The notes under the pieces: model-generated | What the model was told of the DNA's origin: nothing | What the model saw: only the letters and a program-made list of their open reading frames with translations | The model's database searches: none | Part shown: positions 45,848 through 54,774 of the stretch, in pieces | How positions within the stretch are numbered: the stretch's first letter is position 1 | How the letters are laid out: every line of letters begins with the position of its first letter | Source of the DNA: Terracidiphilus sp. | Lineage (GTDB): Bacteria; Acidobacteriota; Terriglobia; Terriglobales; Acidobacteriaceae | DNA: 64,000 bases | Assembly: GCA_049521035.1 (NCBI GenBank) | Contig: JBEKPF010000003.1 | Span: 16,751-80,750, forward strand | Direction of reading: 5' to 3' | Position numbers and translations under genes: made by a program

Positions 45848-46762
45848 ATGACCGAGCGCTTTGTGTCACAACTTGATCTTCGTGCGAAGCGGTTGCTGAC
45901 TGCCTTTGGTCTCCTGGCCTGGACTGCGCCATTTCTGTTGAGCCAGCAAACACCACCCGCGGGTGCGAGGTCCGCCGATGCGCAAGCTGCTGCCATCCCC
46001 TCCGCGGTCTATGACGTAGCCTCCATTCACAAGTTCAAGCCCAACGGCGGTCCGTTGATGGTTTACACCAGGACAAATCCAGATGGCTTGACAGCATCGC
46101 ACGTCCAAGTCAAATCGCTCATCTGCCTCGCTTATGGCGTCAGCGACTATCAGGTAACCGGCGGTCCTGAATGGGCGTCCTCCGACTACTATGACGTCAC
46201 CGCCAAAATGGACGAGTCCACCATGGAGTCGCTGAGTACACTCTCTCCCGATCAGAAAACGCTGGTCCGTCAGCACATGGCGCAGGCCCTTCTCGCCGAC
46301 CGGTTCAAGCTAGTTGTTCACCATGAGACAAGGCAATTCCCAATCTATGCTCTGGTTGTTGCAAAGGGCGGTCTCAAACTTCACGAGTCGAAGGCAGACG
46401 ACGATTACAAAGACGGGCTCAAGGGATTCGACGGTCGGCCGGGCGGGAAAGGCATGATGCAAATGCAGTCGGATTCAGGGGGATTCGTAATTACCGCTCA
46501 AGGGTTTTCGATGGATAGGTTGGCAGTTCAACTTTCCGGGCAATTGAATTCGAAGGTTCAAAACAAAACCAGCGTTGAAGGAACCTATGACTTCACGCTT
46601 CGATATTCGCCCGACGATTCTGTGGATGCAACTTCATCCAGCTCCGCGGCGCCTTCGCTCTTTACCGCGCTGCAAGATCAACTCGGTTTGAAACTAGAAT
46701 CCCAAAAGGGCCCGCTCGACTTGATTGTCATCGACCACATCGAGCAGCCTTCAGAAAACTAA
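45848..46762 (+). CDS. TIGR03435-like protein, paralogue 3
   Basis: Signal or anchor, VYDVASIHKFK, LLADRFKLVVHHETRQFPIYALVVAKGGLKL and FTALQDQLGLKLESQKGPLDLIVIDHIEQPSEN-stop. Confidence 0.75.
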   Translation: MTERFVSQLDLRAKRLLTAFGLLAWTAPFLLSQQTPPAGARSADAQAAAIPSAVYDVASIHKFKPNGGPLMVYTRTNPDGLTASHVQVKSLICLAYGVSDYQVTGGPEWASSDYYDVTAKMDESTMESLSTLSPDQKTLVRQHMAQALLADRFKLVVHHETRQFPIYALVVAKGGLKLHESKADDDYKDGLKGFDGRPGGKGMMQMQSDSGGFVITAQGFSMDRLAVQLSGQLNSKVQNKTSVEGTYDFTLRYSPDDSVDATSSSSAAPSLFTALQDQLGLKLESQKGPLDLIVIDHIEQPSEN

Positions 46763-46782
46763 TCCCAGGTTGGAGTGACCTC

Positions 46783-49700
46783 ATGAAGCAGGTTCGGCGA
46801 ATCATCGATATCTCGCTCATCTGCATCCTTGCGTGTCTCTGTGCCTCTATCCGTACGGCGGCATCGGAGTATCACGGCCAGGTCACTTTCGGCGGTTTGC
46901 CCGTTCCCGGAGCCACCGTCACGGCTACGCAAGGGACAAAGAAGTTCAGTGCTATCTCTGACCAGGGCGGCGTCTATAACTTCGACAATCTGCCCGACGG
47001 CCAATGGAAGATTCAGGTTGAGATGCAGTGTTTCGTCACCATACAGGCCGACGTGGCCATCACCGCCAACACACCAGCCGGCAAGTGGGAATTGGTCCTG
47101 CTTCCCGTCGACCAACTCATGGCGAGCACCAAACTGACGCAGGCTCCGCCAGTCATCCAGCCATCCCTAATCACCCCTCCCGACGCAAAGAAACCCGACG
47201 CCGCGGCCGCTGCGAACGCACCCACCGAGATTCCCAAGACCCCGGACGAGCAAAGCCAGCAAGCCAATGACGGTTTTCTCGTCAACGGCAGTGTCAACAA
47301 CGCCGCCACCAGTCAATACTCACTCGATCGCGCCTTTGGGAACCGCCGCCCCAATAGCAAAAGTCTCTACAACGGTGGCGCAGCGGCCATCCTCAGTAAC
47401 TCCACGCTCAACGCACGCGCCTATTCTCTCACCGGACAGGAGTTACCCAAGCCGTTCTATAATCTCGTCACTGGCGCGGTCACTTTTGGCGGACCTCTCA
47501 AGATCCCACGCGTGTTGCCGCGCGGCCCCAACTCCTTTGTTGCTTATCAGTGGACGCGCAACCAGACTGAGCAGGACGAAACCGGCCTTGTTCCTACTGA
47601 CGCAGAACGCACCGGCAACCTCTTCGGCCTACTCAATGCGCAGGGTCAGCCGGTCACTGTCTTCAATCCCACAACCGGTCTGCCATATGCTGGCAATCAG
47701 GTTCCTGTCAGCTCCCAGGCGCAGTCGCTATTACAGCTTTATCCCGTGCCGAACCTCACCAACAACCCGCTCTACAACTACCAGACGCCCGTGCTCACCA
47801 ATGCTCATCAGGACGTGGTGCAGACGCGTCTCGACAAGACTCTTGGCCGCAAGAACCAGCTCTACGGAGCATTCAATCTGCAAAGCACGCGCGCCGACGG
47901 CGTCAACCTCTTCGGCTTCGTCGATACCACTGACACGCTCGGCATCAACACCAACATCAACTGGTCGCACCGCTTCAATCAGCATCTCTTCTTCTATACC
48001 AAATACAATTTCAGCCGTCTCAGAACCATCATCACGCCCGAATTTGAAAATCGTGAAAACATCTCCGGCAATGCGGGCATCGCCGGTAACGACCAGGATC
48101 CAGCCAATTGGGGCCCACCCGCGCTCACATTCTCTAGCGGCATTACCGGTCTGAGTGATGCCAACAGCTCCTTCAACCGCAATCGCACTGACGCCTTCTC
48201 GGCCTCGATCGGCGTATATCGCGGCCATCACAACCTCACCGTAGGCGGCGACTTCCGCCATCAGGAGTACAACGACTTCTACCAGCAAAACCCGCGCGGC
48301 AACTTTGCCTTTACCGGCGCCGCCACCGCAGGCCCGGCGACTGGTTCCCCCGCTACCGGCTCTGACATCGCCGACTTCCTCATTGGCGTTCCCGACACCA
48401 GCTCCCTCGCCTTCGGCAATGCCGATAAATACTTCCGCCAACCTGTCTACGACGCTTACGCCACTGACGATTGGCGCATACTTTCCGTACTCACCATCAA
48501 CGCAGGTATTCGATACGACTACGAGTCGCCAATCTCGGAGCTCCATGGACGCCTCGTGAATCTCGATCTCGCTCCGGACTTTTCCGCCGACTCCTATGTC
48601 CTCGGCAGCAATCCTGTTGGGTCTGTCACCGGCAATCACTTTCCCACATCCCTCGTCCGCCCTGACAAGCTCGGTTACGAGCCGCGCATCGGCATCTCCT
48701 GGCGTCCCATCCCTGCTTCCACCGTTGTTGTGCGCGCCGGTTACGGCGTTTATCACGACACCTCGGTCTACCTCGGCTCCGCGCAGCAGCTTGCTCAACA
48801 GGCACCTCTCTCCACGAGCCTCAACGTTGAAAACTCCGCCGCTTGCCCGCTTACCCTCGCGAAGGGTTTCGCCCCATGCTCATCCGTCAGTTCTGACACC
48901 TATGCGGTCGATCCCAACTTCCGGGTCGGCTACGCGCAAACCTGGCAGATATCCGTGCAGCGCGATCTGCCCGGCGCGCTGCAGATGACTGCAACTTATC
49001 TGGGCGTCAAAGGTACGCGCGGCGTTCAGGAATTCCTGCCCAACACCTACCCCATCGGGGCGACCAATCCTTGTCCCGAATGCCCGCTGGGTTTTGAGTA
49101 TCGAACCTCCGGCGGCGACTCCACGCGCGAATCCGGCCAGTTGCAGCTGCGCCGCAGGCTCCGCGCCGGATTCACCGCGTCCCTTTTGTACACGTATTCA
49201 AAATCCATCGACGACGACTCTTTCCTCGGTGGCCAGGGCCACGTCACTGCCACTTCGCAAAGTGGAAATTCAGGCGAGTCTTCGCCGGCACCCACACCGT
49301 CTGCATCGATTGCCCAAGACTGGCTTGACCTTCACGCCGAGCGTGCTCTTTCCTCGTTCGACCAGCGCCATCTCCTCAACGTGCAGGCGCAATACACCAC
49401 CGGCCAGGGCGTTGAAGGTGGAACTCTCCTCACCGGCTGGCGAGGGAAGGCCTACAAGGAATGGACGCTGCTGACAAGCATCAACGTCGGCACTGGTCTT
49501 CCAGAAACGCCCAGTTATCTAGCCGCCGTCCCCGGCACCGGCTTTACCGGCACCATTCGCCCCAGCCTGACCGGCGCTCCGATCTATGCTTCCAATGCTA
49601 GCCAGCACCTCAATGTCTCTGCTTACACAGCGCCCGCCATTGGTCAATGGGGAACAGCAGGCAGAGACTCCATCACCGGTCCATCGCAGTTCAGCCTCAA

Positions 49701-49890
49701 CTCCTCGCTAGAGCGCACCTTCCACCCCACCACCAAGTTCAATCTCATAACGCGCATCGACTCCACCAATCTGCTCAACCACGCGGTCTTCACCGGTTGG
49801 GTCACCACTGTCAACAGCACGCAATTCGGCGTGCCCGCGTCTGTCAATGCAATGCGCAGCCTGCAAACCACCGTTCGGTTGAGGTTCTAG
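46783..49890 (+). CDS. outer-membrane TonB-dependent-receptor-like beta-barrel with N-terminal carboxypeptidase-regulatory-like domain
   Basis: GGAG lies 9 nt upstream. After the signal peptide comes YHGQVTFGGLPVPGATVTATQG...GGVYNFDNLPDGQWKIQVE (CarboxypepD_reg-like), then about 900 aa of alternating beta-strand pattern ending ...TVRLRF (aromatic C-terminus). I see no obvious TonB box or plug. Confidence 0.75.
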   Translation: MKQVRRIIDISLICILACLCASIRTAASEYHGQVTFGGLPVPGATVTATQGTKKFSAISDQGGVYNFDNLPDGQWKIQVEMQCFVTIQADVAITANTPAGKWELVLLPVDQLMASTKLTQAPPVIQPSLITPPDAKKPDAAAAANAPTEIPKTPDEQSQQANDGFLVNGSVNNAATSQYSLDRAFGNRRPNSKSLYNGGAAAILSNSTLNARAYSLTGQELPKPFYNLVTGAVTFGGPLKIPRVLPRGPNSFVAYQWTRNQTEQDETGLVPTDAERTGNLFGLLNAQGQPVTVFNPTTGLPYAGNQVPVSSQAQSLLQLYPVPNLTNNPLYNYQTPVLTNAHQDVVQTRLDKTLGRKNQLYGAFNLQSTRADGVNLFGFVDTTDTLGINTNINWSHRFNQHLFFYTKYNFSRLRTIITPEFENRENISGNAGIAGNDQDPANWGPPALTFSSGITGLSDANSSFNRNRTDAFSASIGVYRGHHNLTVGGDFRHQEYNDFYQQNPRGNFAFTGAATAGPATGSPATGSDIADFLIGVPDTSSLAFGNADKYFRQPVYDAYATDDWRILSVLTINAGIRYDYESPISELHGRLVNLDLAPDFSADSYVLGSNPVGSVTGNHFPTSLVRPDKLGYEPRIGISWRPIPASTVVVRAGYGVYHDTSVYLGSAQQLAQQAPLSTSLNVENSAACPLTLAKGFAPCSSVSSDTYAVDPNFRVGYAQTWQISVQRDLPGALQMTATYLGVKGTRGVQEFLPNTYPIGATNPCPECPLGFEYRTSGGDSTRESGQLQLRRRLRAGFTASLLYTYSKSIDDDSFLGGQGHVTATSQSGNSGESSPAPTPSASIAQDWLDLHAERALSSFDQRHLLNVQAQYTTGQGVEGGTLLTGWRGKAYKEWTLLTSINVGTGLPETPSYLAAVPGTGFTGTIRPSLTGAPIYASNASQHLNVSAYTAPAIGQWGTAGRDSITGPSQFSLNSSLERTFHPTTKFNLITRIDSTNLLNHAVFTGWVTTVNSTQFGVPASVNAMRSLQTTVRLRF

Positions 49891-49892
49891 CG

Positions 49893-52061
49893 ATGAGAAT
49901 CCTGACCAGCCTCGCCCTCATCTCCGCCGCTGTCGGCCACGTTTTCGTTGGTGCTCAGCAGATCGGCCAGAACAAGCCGGGGGAAGCGGCGGAGAGCTAC
50001 ACTCTCTCCGTTAAGGTGCAGTTGGTCACCGAGGCTGTCGTCGTCAAAGACAAAGACGGTAAGCCCATCCCCGGTCTCACCGCTAAAGACTTCGCCGTCA
50101 CCGAGGATGGCGTCCCGCAAACCGTCCGCATTTGCGAACATCAGGACCTTAGTGCGCTCTCTGCGCCACTGCCGGTCTCGACGCCGGCAACCGAAAACGT
50201 GCGGACTTACAATAAGCTTGCTCATACGCAGATCGCCCCCGAGTCCGTCGACAACGAGCGCTACAAGAATCGCCGGCTGCTTGCCCTTTACTTCGACATG
50301 TCAGCCATGAATCCAGCCGACCAGCTTCGCGCTCTCTCGGCCGCAGAGAAGTTCCTCCGCACTCAGATGACCACCGTCGATCTCGTCTCCATCCTCCGCT
50401 ACCAAGGTGGCGCGGTCGATATCCTCCAGGACTTCACCTCCGACCGCGACAAGCTGCTCAGTATCCTGCAAACACTGGTCGTTGGCGAAGCCCAGGGCGA
50501 CACCGAAACCACCGACGACGCCAGCAGCGCAGACACCGGCGCGGCATTCGGGCAGGACGACAGTGAGTTCAACATCTTCAACACAGATCGCCAACTCTCC
50601 GCTCTTGAAACCGCCGTCAAAATGCTCGGCCAATTGAACGAGAAGAAATCGCTCATCTACTTCGCCAGCGGCCTCCGCCTTAACGGTGTGGACAATCAGG
50701 CGCAACTTCACGCGACAGTCGACTCCGCTATCAAGGCCGGTGTTTCCTTCTGGCCCATCGACACACGCGGCCTCGTTGCGCAGGCCCCGCTCGGCGACGC
50801 CACTCAAGGCTCGCAAGGTAACTCAGGCATCTACACCGGCGCTGCTGCTCAAGCCAACACTAGCAATTTCCAGCAGTCGCAGGACACGCTCTACGCTTTA
50901 GCGGGTGACACAGGTGGCAAGGCTCTCTTCGACAACAACGATCTGACTCGTGGCATTGTTCAGGCGCAGGAAGCTATCTCCGATTACTACCTCATCGGCT
51001 ACTACGCGACGAACACCGCGAAGAACGGCCACTTCCGCCGCATCAAGGTTTCCCTCACGCAGAATCTTGATGCCAAGCTTAGTTATCGCGAAGGATACTA
51101 CGCCGACAAGGAATTCAGTAAATTCACCATCGTTGACAAGGAGCGCCAGCTTGAAGATGCACTCATGCTCGAAGATCCTGTCACTGACTTATCCATCGCC
51201 ATGGAGATCGATCACTTCCAGCTCAATCGCGCCGAGTACTTTGTCCCTATCATCGTCAAGATTCCCGGTCGCGAGTTAGCCCTTGCCAAGCGTGGTGGCG
51301 CCGAGCACACGCTCATCGACTTCGTCGGCGAGATCAAAGATCTTGTTGGTGGCTCCACTGTCTCCAACGTCCGCGACAACGTCAACATCAAGCTCTCTGA
51401 TGCCACTGCCGCGGAGCTCGCTCATCGCCCCATCGAATACGACACCGGCTTCACCCTCCTGCCCGGCAAATACATGATCAAGTTTCTCGCCCGCGACGAC
51501 GAGACCGGCAGAATCGGCACCTATCAAACCACCTTCATCATTCCAAACCTCAACAAGGAAGATAAGCGCGTTCCCATCAGCTCCGTCGTGCTCTCGAGTC
51601 AACGCGTCGAGCTCAATCAAGTTCTATTTGACGCTGCAAAAGCCAAGGACCGCCAGAAGGAAGACAGCGTCAATCCGCTTGTTCAGGATGGCAAGAAGCT
51701 CATTCCCAGCGTCACGCGCGTTTTCAGCACAACTCGTGAAATCTATGTCTACTTCCAAGCGTACAAACCGCCGCTGACCACTGCCTCGACAACCACCTCA
51801 TCGAGTCCAGTCGCCAGCGCGCCCGCCAGCCAGCCGCTCTTCGCTTTCGTCACCCTCTATCAAGGCGGTAGCAAAGTCTTCGATACACCGCCCACCGCAA
51901 TTGCTCCCAATCCAACCAGCCGCCTGGGAACCATGCCGCTTGCTTTCAATCTTGGCGTGAAGGGCCTGCCGCCAGGAGAGTACAACTGCCAGGTCACTAT
52001 TCTCGACCCGACAACCGGGAAGGCAAACTTCTGGCGCGCCCCCATCCTGCTTGTCCCCTGA
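49893..52061 (+). CDS. VWA-domain protein of the acidobacterial TIGR03436-like family
   Basis: The ATG lies 2 nt after the barrel gene's stop. After the signal peptide comes VVVKDKDGKPIPGLTAKDFAVTEDGVPQTV, then a VWA-like core (RRLLALYFDMSAMNP...SLIYFASGL). The listed ORF start at 49647 overlaps the previous gene and is rejected. Confidence 0.7.
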   Translation: MRILTSLALISAAVGHVFVGAQQIGQNKPGEAAESYTLSVKVQLVTEAVVVKDKDGKPIPGLTAKDFAVTEDGVPQTVRICEHQDLSALSAPLPVSTPATENVRTYNKLAHTQIAPESVDNERYKNRRLLALYFDMSAMNPADQLRALSAAEKFLRTQMTTVDLVSILRYQGGAVDILQDFTSDRDKLLSILQTLVVGEAQGDTETTDDASSADTGAAFGQDDSEFNIFNTDRQLSALETAVKMLGQLNEKKSLIYFASGLRLNGVDNQAQLHATVDSAIKAGVSFWPIDTRGLVAQAPLGDATQGSQGNSGIYTGAAAQANTSNFQQSQDTLYALAGDTGGKALFDNNDLTRGIVQAQEAISDYYLIGYYATNTAKNGHFRRIKVSLTQNLDAKLSYREGYYADKEFSKFTIVDKERQLEDALMLEDPVTDLSIAMEIDHFQLNRAEYFVPIIVKIPGRELALAKRGGAEHTLIDFVGEIKDLVGGSTVSNVRDNVNIKLSDATAAELAHRPIEYDTGFTLLPGKYMIKFLARDDETGRIGTYQTTFIIPNLNKEDKRVPISSVVLSSQRVELNQVLFDAAKAKDRQKEDSVNPLVQDGKKLIPSVTRVFSTTREIYVYFQAYKPPLTTASTTTSSSPVASAPASQPLFAFVTLYQGGSKVFDTPPTAIAPNPTSRLGTMPLAFNLGVKGLPPGEYNCQVTILDPTTGKANFWRAPILLVP

Positions 52062-52118
52062 GTGATGTAGTTATCTGGGTAATAGCCTGATACCACCGTA
52101 ATAGTTATAGTAGGCGCT

Positions 52119-53189
52119 TCATGCCGCGTCTCTAACGCCGAACTCCATCTCGTCAAACCGACGCCATTTATAAATAGCAATCGACAAAATCCAGCTCACG
52201 GCAAACAACGCAACAATACAATAGCCAAGCATGCCGAAGTTATCGTTGAGCTTGCCCACCAGGTTCCACAATCCGCCCGTCAGATGGAACTGTCCAGCCA
52301 GCAATCCCAATGCTTCGATTCCGCCCACCGCCAGCGCGACAACAACGGAAACAGAAGTAATCGTGATGTTGTAATACAGCTTCCTGATCGGCTTCACAAA
52401 TGCCCAGCCGTACGCTCCCAGCATGAGAATATTGTCGGTCGAATCCACCAGCGACATCCCTGCCGCAAACAAGACCGGAAACACCAGGATCGACGAGAGC
52501 GACAGCCCCTTCGAAGCTTCCGCAGCGGAGAGGCCCAGCAGCCCGATCTCAGTTGCAGTGTCGAATCCCAGCCCGAACAGCACGCCCAGCGGATACATGT
52601 GCCAACTTCTATGAATCAGATTGAACATGGGCCGGAATAGCCGCGAAAGAAATCCGCGGTTTCCCAGCAGCAAGTCAAAATCCTCATCCACATAAGGCTC
52701 GCCGCGCCGCACTCGTACAAAGCTGCGAATCACCGAATGCAGCACAATCAGATTCACAATCGCAATTGCGAAAAGAAAGAGTGACGACACTAGAGTGCCG
52801 ATCACTCCACCAATCTCTCTCACCGAGTCAATGCGATGTTGCAGCGCCAGCGCAGTCGCCGCAATCGCAATCGCTCCGACCACGACCACCGTCGAATGTC
52901 CGAGCGAGAACATCAGTCCAACGGCTACTGGTCGCTTTCCTTGCTGCATCAGCTTGCGCGTGACGTTGTCGATCGCGGCAATGTGATCTGCGTCCACTGC
53001 GTGGCGGAGTCCAAAGCTGTAAGCCAGAAAGGCCGTTCCCAACAGCACTGGAAATCGGTGAAACGCGACGAACGCCCAGCACCAGGCGGCCAGGTTGAAA
53101 CCCAGCAACAGGCCATACAAAGCGATTACCTTGGCCTTGGTGCTGCCAGGCTCGTCATTCGCCAGACTCCGCAGGAGGGAGATCATCAT
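52119..53189 (-). CDS. nickel/cobalt transporter, HoxN/HupN/NixA (NiCoT) family
   Basis: The NiCoT signature RHAVDADHIAAIDNVTRKL and FSLGHSTVVV, with eight TM segments. AAGGA lies upstream of ATGATG. Confidence 0.9.
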   Translation of the reverse strand: MMISLLRSLANDEPGSTKAKVIALYGLLLGFNLAAWCWAFVAFHRFPVLLGTAFLAYSFGLRHAVDADHIAAIDNVTRKLMQQGKRPVAVGLMFSLGHSTVVVVGAIAIAATALALQHRIDSVREIGGVIGTLVSSLFLFAIAIVNLIVLHSVIRSFVRVRRGEPYVDEDFDLLLGNRGFLSRLFRPMFNLIHRSWHMYPLGVLFGLGFDTATEIGLLGLSAAEASKGLSLSSILVFPVLFAAGMSLVDSTDNILMLGAYGWAFVKPIRKLYYNITITSVSVVVALAVGGIEALGLLAGQFHLTGGLWNLVGKLNDNFGMLGYCIVALFAVSWILSIAIYKWRRFDEMEFGVRDAA

Positions 53190-53390
53190 GGTCCTTAGAT
53201 TGCTGACACGGATAGTAGCTCGCTCTGAATATGACCGGAATAAATCATTGCAACAATGCCATTCGTCACATCAGACGCGGGATTCCCCGGAATGAGATTC
53301 CAAGTCCAAGCGTAACACGATTTTGCAAACCTTGCGAAGACGGCCTTCACTGCGGACTGTCTCAAAGGTCGGAGGTTCGAGGTCAGATAT

Positions 53391-53825
53391 TTAATGTGAG
53401 TGCGTTGCGGTTTTCAGGTTGGCCCCTGAGTTAGTCAACACCAGCTTTCCCAGTTCCACCCCACGCAACGCCAGCATCCCGTCGGCAATATTCTGGAGAT
53501 CCTTGCCCCGGCCCTTCATGATGATCACTTCCAGGCAGTAATGGTGGTCTAGGTGCACATGTGTAGCCGCCAGAATCATCGCTCCGGCAACGTGTTGCAC
53601 CTCGGTCAGCTTTTGCGCCAAGTTTGGAACATGATGGTCGTAAACCAGCGTCAGTGTACCCACCACCGGCTTGTTTGACTCGACAGTCTCCTCAAGAAGC
53701 GCTTCGCGGATCAGGTCGCGGAAAGCCTCGGAGCGGTTCGCGTAGCCGCGCTTGGCGATCAGCCGGTCAAACTCTTTCAGCAGGGCGTCATCCAGAGAAA
53801 CGCCCGTCCTGCTCAACTGGGCCAT
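53391..53825 (-). CDS. nikR: nickel-responsive transcriptional regulator NikR
   Basis: Ribbon-helix-helix N-terminus (RTGVSLDDALLKEFDRLIAKRGYANRSEAFRDLIREAL) and a C-terminal metal-binding domain with HVHLDHHYCLEV. Confidence 0.9.
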   Translation of the reverse strand: MAQLSRTGVSLDDALLKEFDRLIAKRGYANRSEAFRDLIREALLEETVESNKPVVGTLTLVYDHHVPNLAQKLTEVQHVAGAMILAATHVHLDHHYCLEVIIMKGRGKDLQNIADGMLALRGVELGKLVLTNSGANLKTATHSH

Positions 53826-53895
53826 TCTATCGCTCCATTTTCTCCATCCCGATTGTAGTGGCTCCAAGATGACGGCCCGCGCAGCGCGCAGGCTC

Positions 53896-54627
53896 TTACA
53901 AATTCTCTCGCACAGTCGCTCTCAGTACGGTGCCCGTCGCGGGCTTTGCAGCCGCCAAAGCCGGACGCTGCAGCGGTGGCATCACCGAGGGCGCTTGGTG
54001 CATGGTCACAATAATTGCCCCTGCTGGCTTTTTCCCCGCGCACTGGTAGCTATGTGGCGTGCTCGCGTCAAAATAGACCGCATCGCCCGCCTCCAGCTTG
54101 CACTCATGATCACCGTGCCGCAGTTCCAGTTCGCCATCCAGCAGATATAGGAACTCGAACCCAGGATGCATGTGCCCTTTCGGCTCCATCTCTTTGGTCA
54201 GCGGAATGAACTCGGCAAAGTAGGGGTCCATGTGCCGGTCTGGCACCATGTATCCCAGGCTTTCGAAGAAGTACGTCGGGTTCTCTACCCCTGTCTGTGG
54301 CAGCCGCACGCGTTCCTTGCGCCGGTGAATGCGGAATAATGAGCTTGGCTCCGACTCAAAAAAATAAGAAAGGTCCTTCGAGAACACCATCGCAATCCGC
54401 GCCAGGTTCCTCAGCGTCGGCACCACTCGCCCCGTTTCAAGCTGGGAAAGAAAGCTCGCCGAGAGGCCCGTGTGCTTGCCCAACTCAACCAGACCCATCG
54501 ACTTCTTCAGCCGTAGGCGCTTGATCCGCTCCCCAATCCTCTTCTCCGCAATGAAGCGTTCCGCGGTCTCGGGATCCACTTGAGTTTTCTGCGTTTCTTC
54601 GCTTTTCATCACCGCCAGCTCGCTCAT
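53896..54627 (-). CDS. XRE-family transcriptional regulator with C-terminal cupin domain
   Basis: HTH segment IKRLRLKKSMGLVELGKHTGLSASFLSQLETGRVVPTLRNLARIAMVF, and a cupin segment HMHPGFEFLYLLDGELELRHGD...GDAVYFDASTPHSY. An alternative ATG is at 54609. Confidence 0.85.
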   Translation of the reverse strand: MSELAVMKSEETQKTQVDPETAERFIAEKRIGERIKRLRLKKSMGLVELGKHTGLSASFLSQLETGRVVPTLRNLARIAMVFSKDLSYFFESEPSSLFRIHRRKERVRLPQTGVENPTYFFESLGYMVPDRHMDPYFAEFIPLTKEMEPKGHMHPGFEFLYLLDGELELRHGDHECKLEAGDAVYFDASTPHSYQCAGKKPAGAIIVTMHQAPSVMPPLQRPALAAAKPATGTVLRATVRENL

Positions 54628-54774
54628 CGGTCCCCCAAGGGCCACCCACTTGGTAGGATGCGCTATCAATGGATTTGTTGTCTAGATCAAAAACAATTCT
54701 CGCCCCATTAAATCAATCTGACTCAAAACCTATTATCGTTTCATCCTAGGTAAAGGAATGTTTACCTCGTCCAT

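Noticed and set aside
49647-49892. The upstream extension of the VWA ORF (listed as starting at 49647).
   Set aside because: The extension lies entirely inside the barrel gene in another frame and is His/Gln/Arg-rich. The ATG at 49893 is immediately followed by a proper signal peptide.
53230-53248. A possible NikR box TATGA-N10-TCAT upstream of the NiCoT gene.
   Set aside because: Only 4-5 bp per arm match, and the spacer (10 nt) does not match the GTATGA-N16-TCATAC architecture known from E. coli. It is too weak to call without comparative data.
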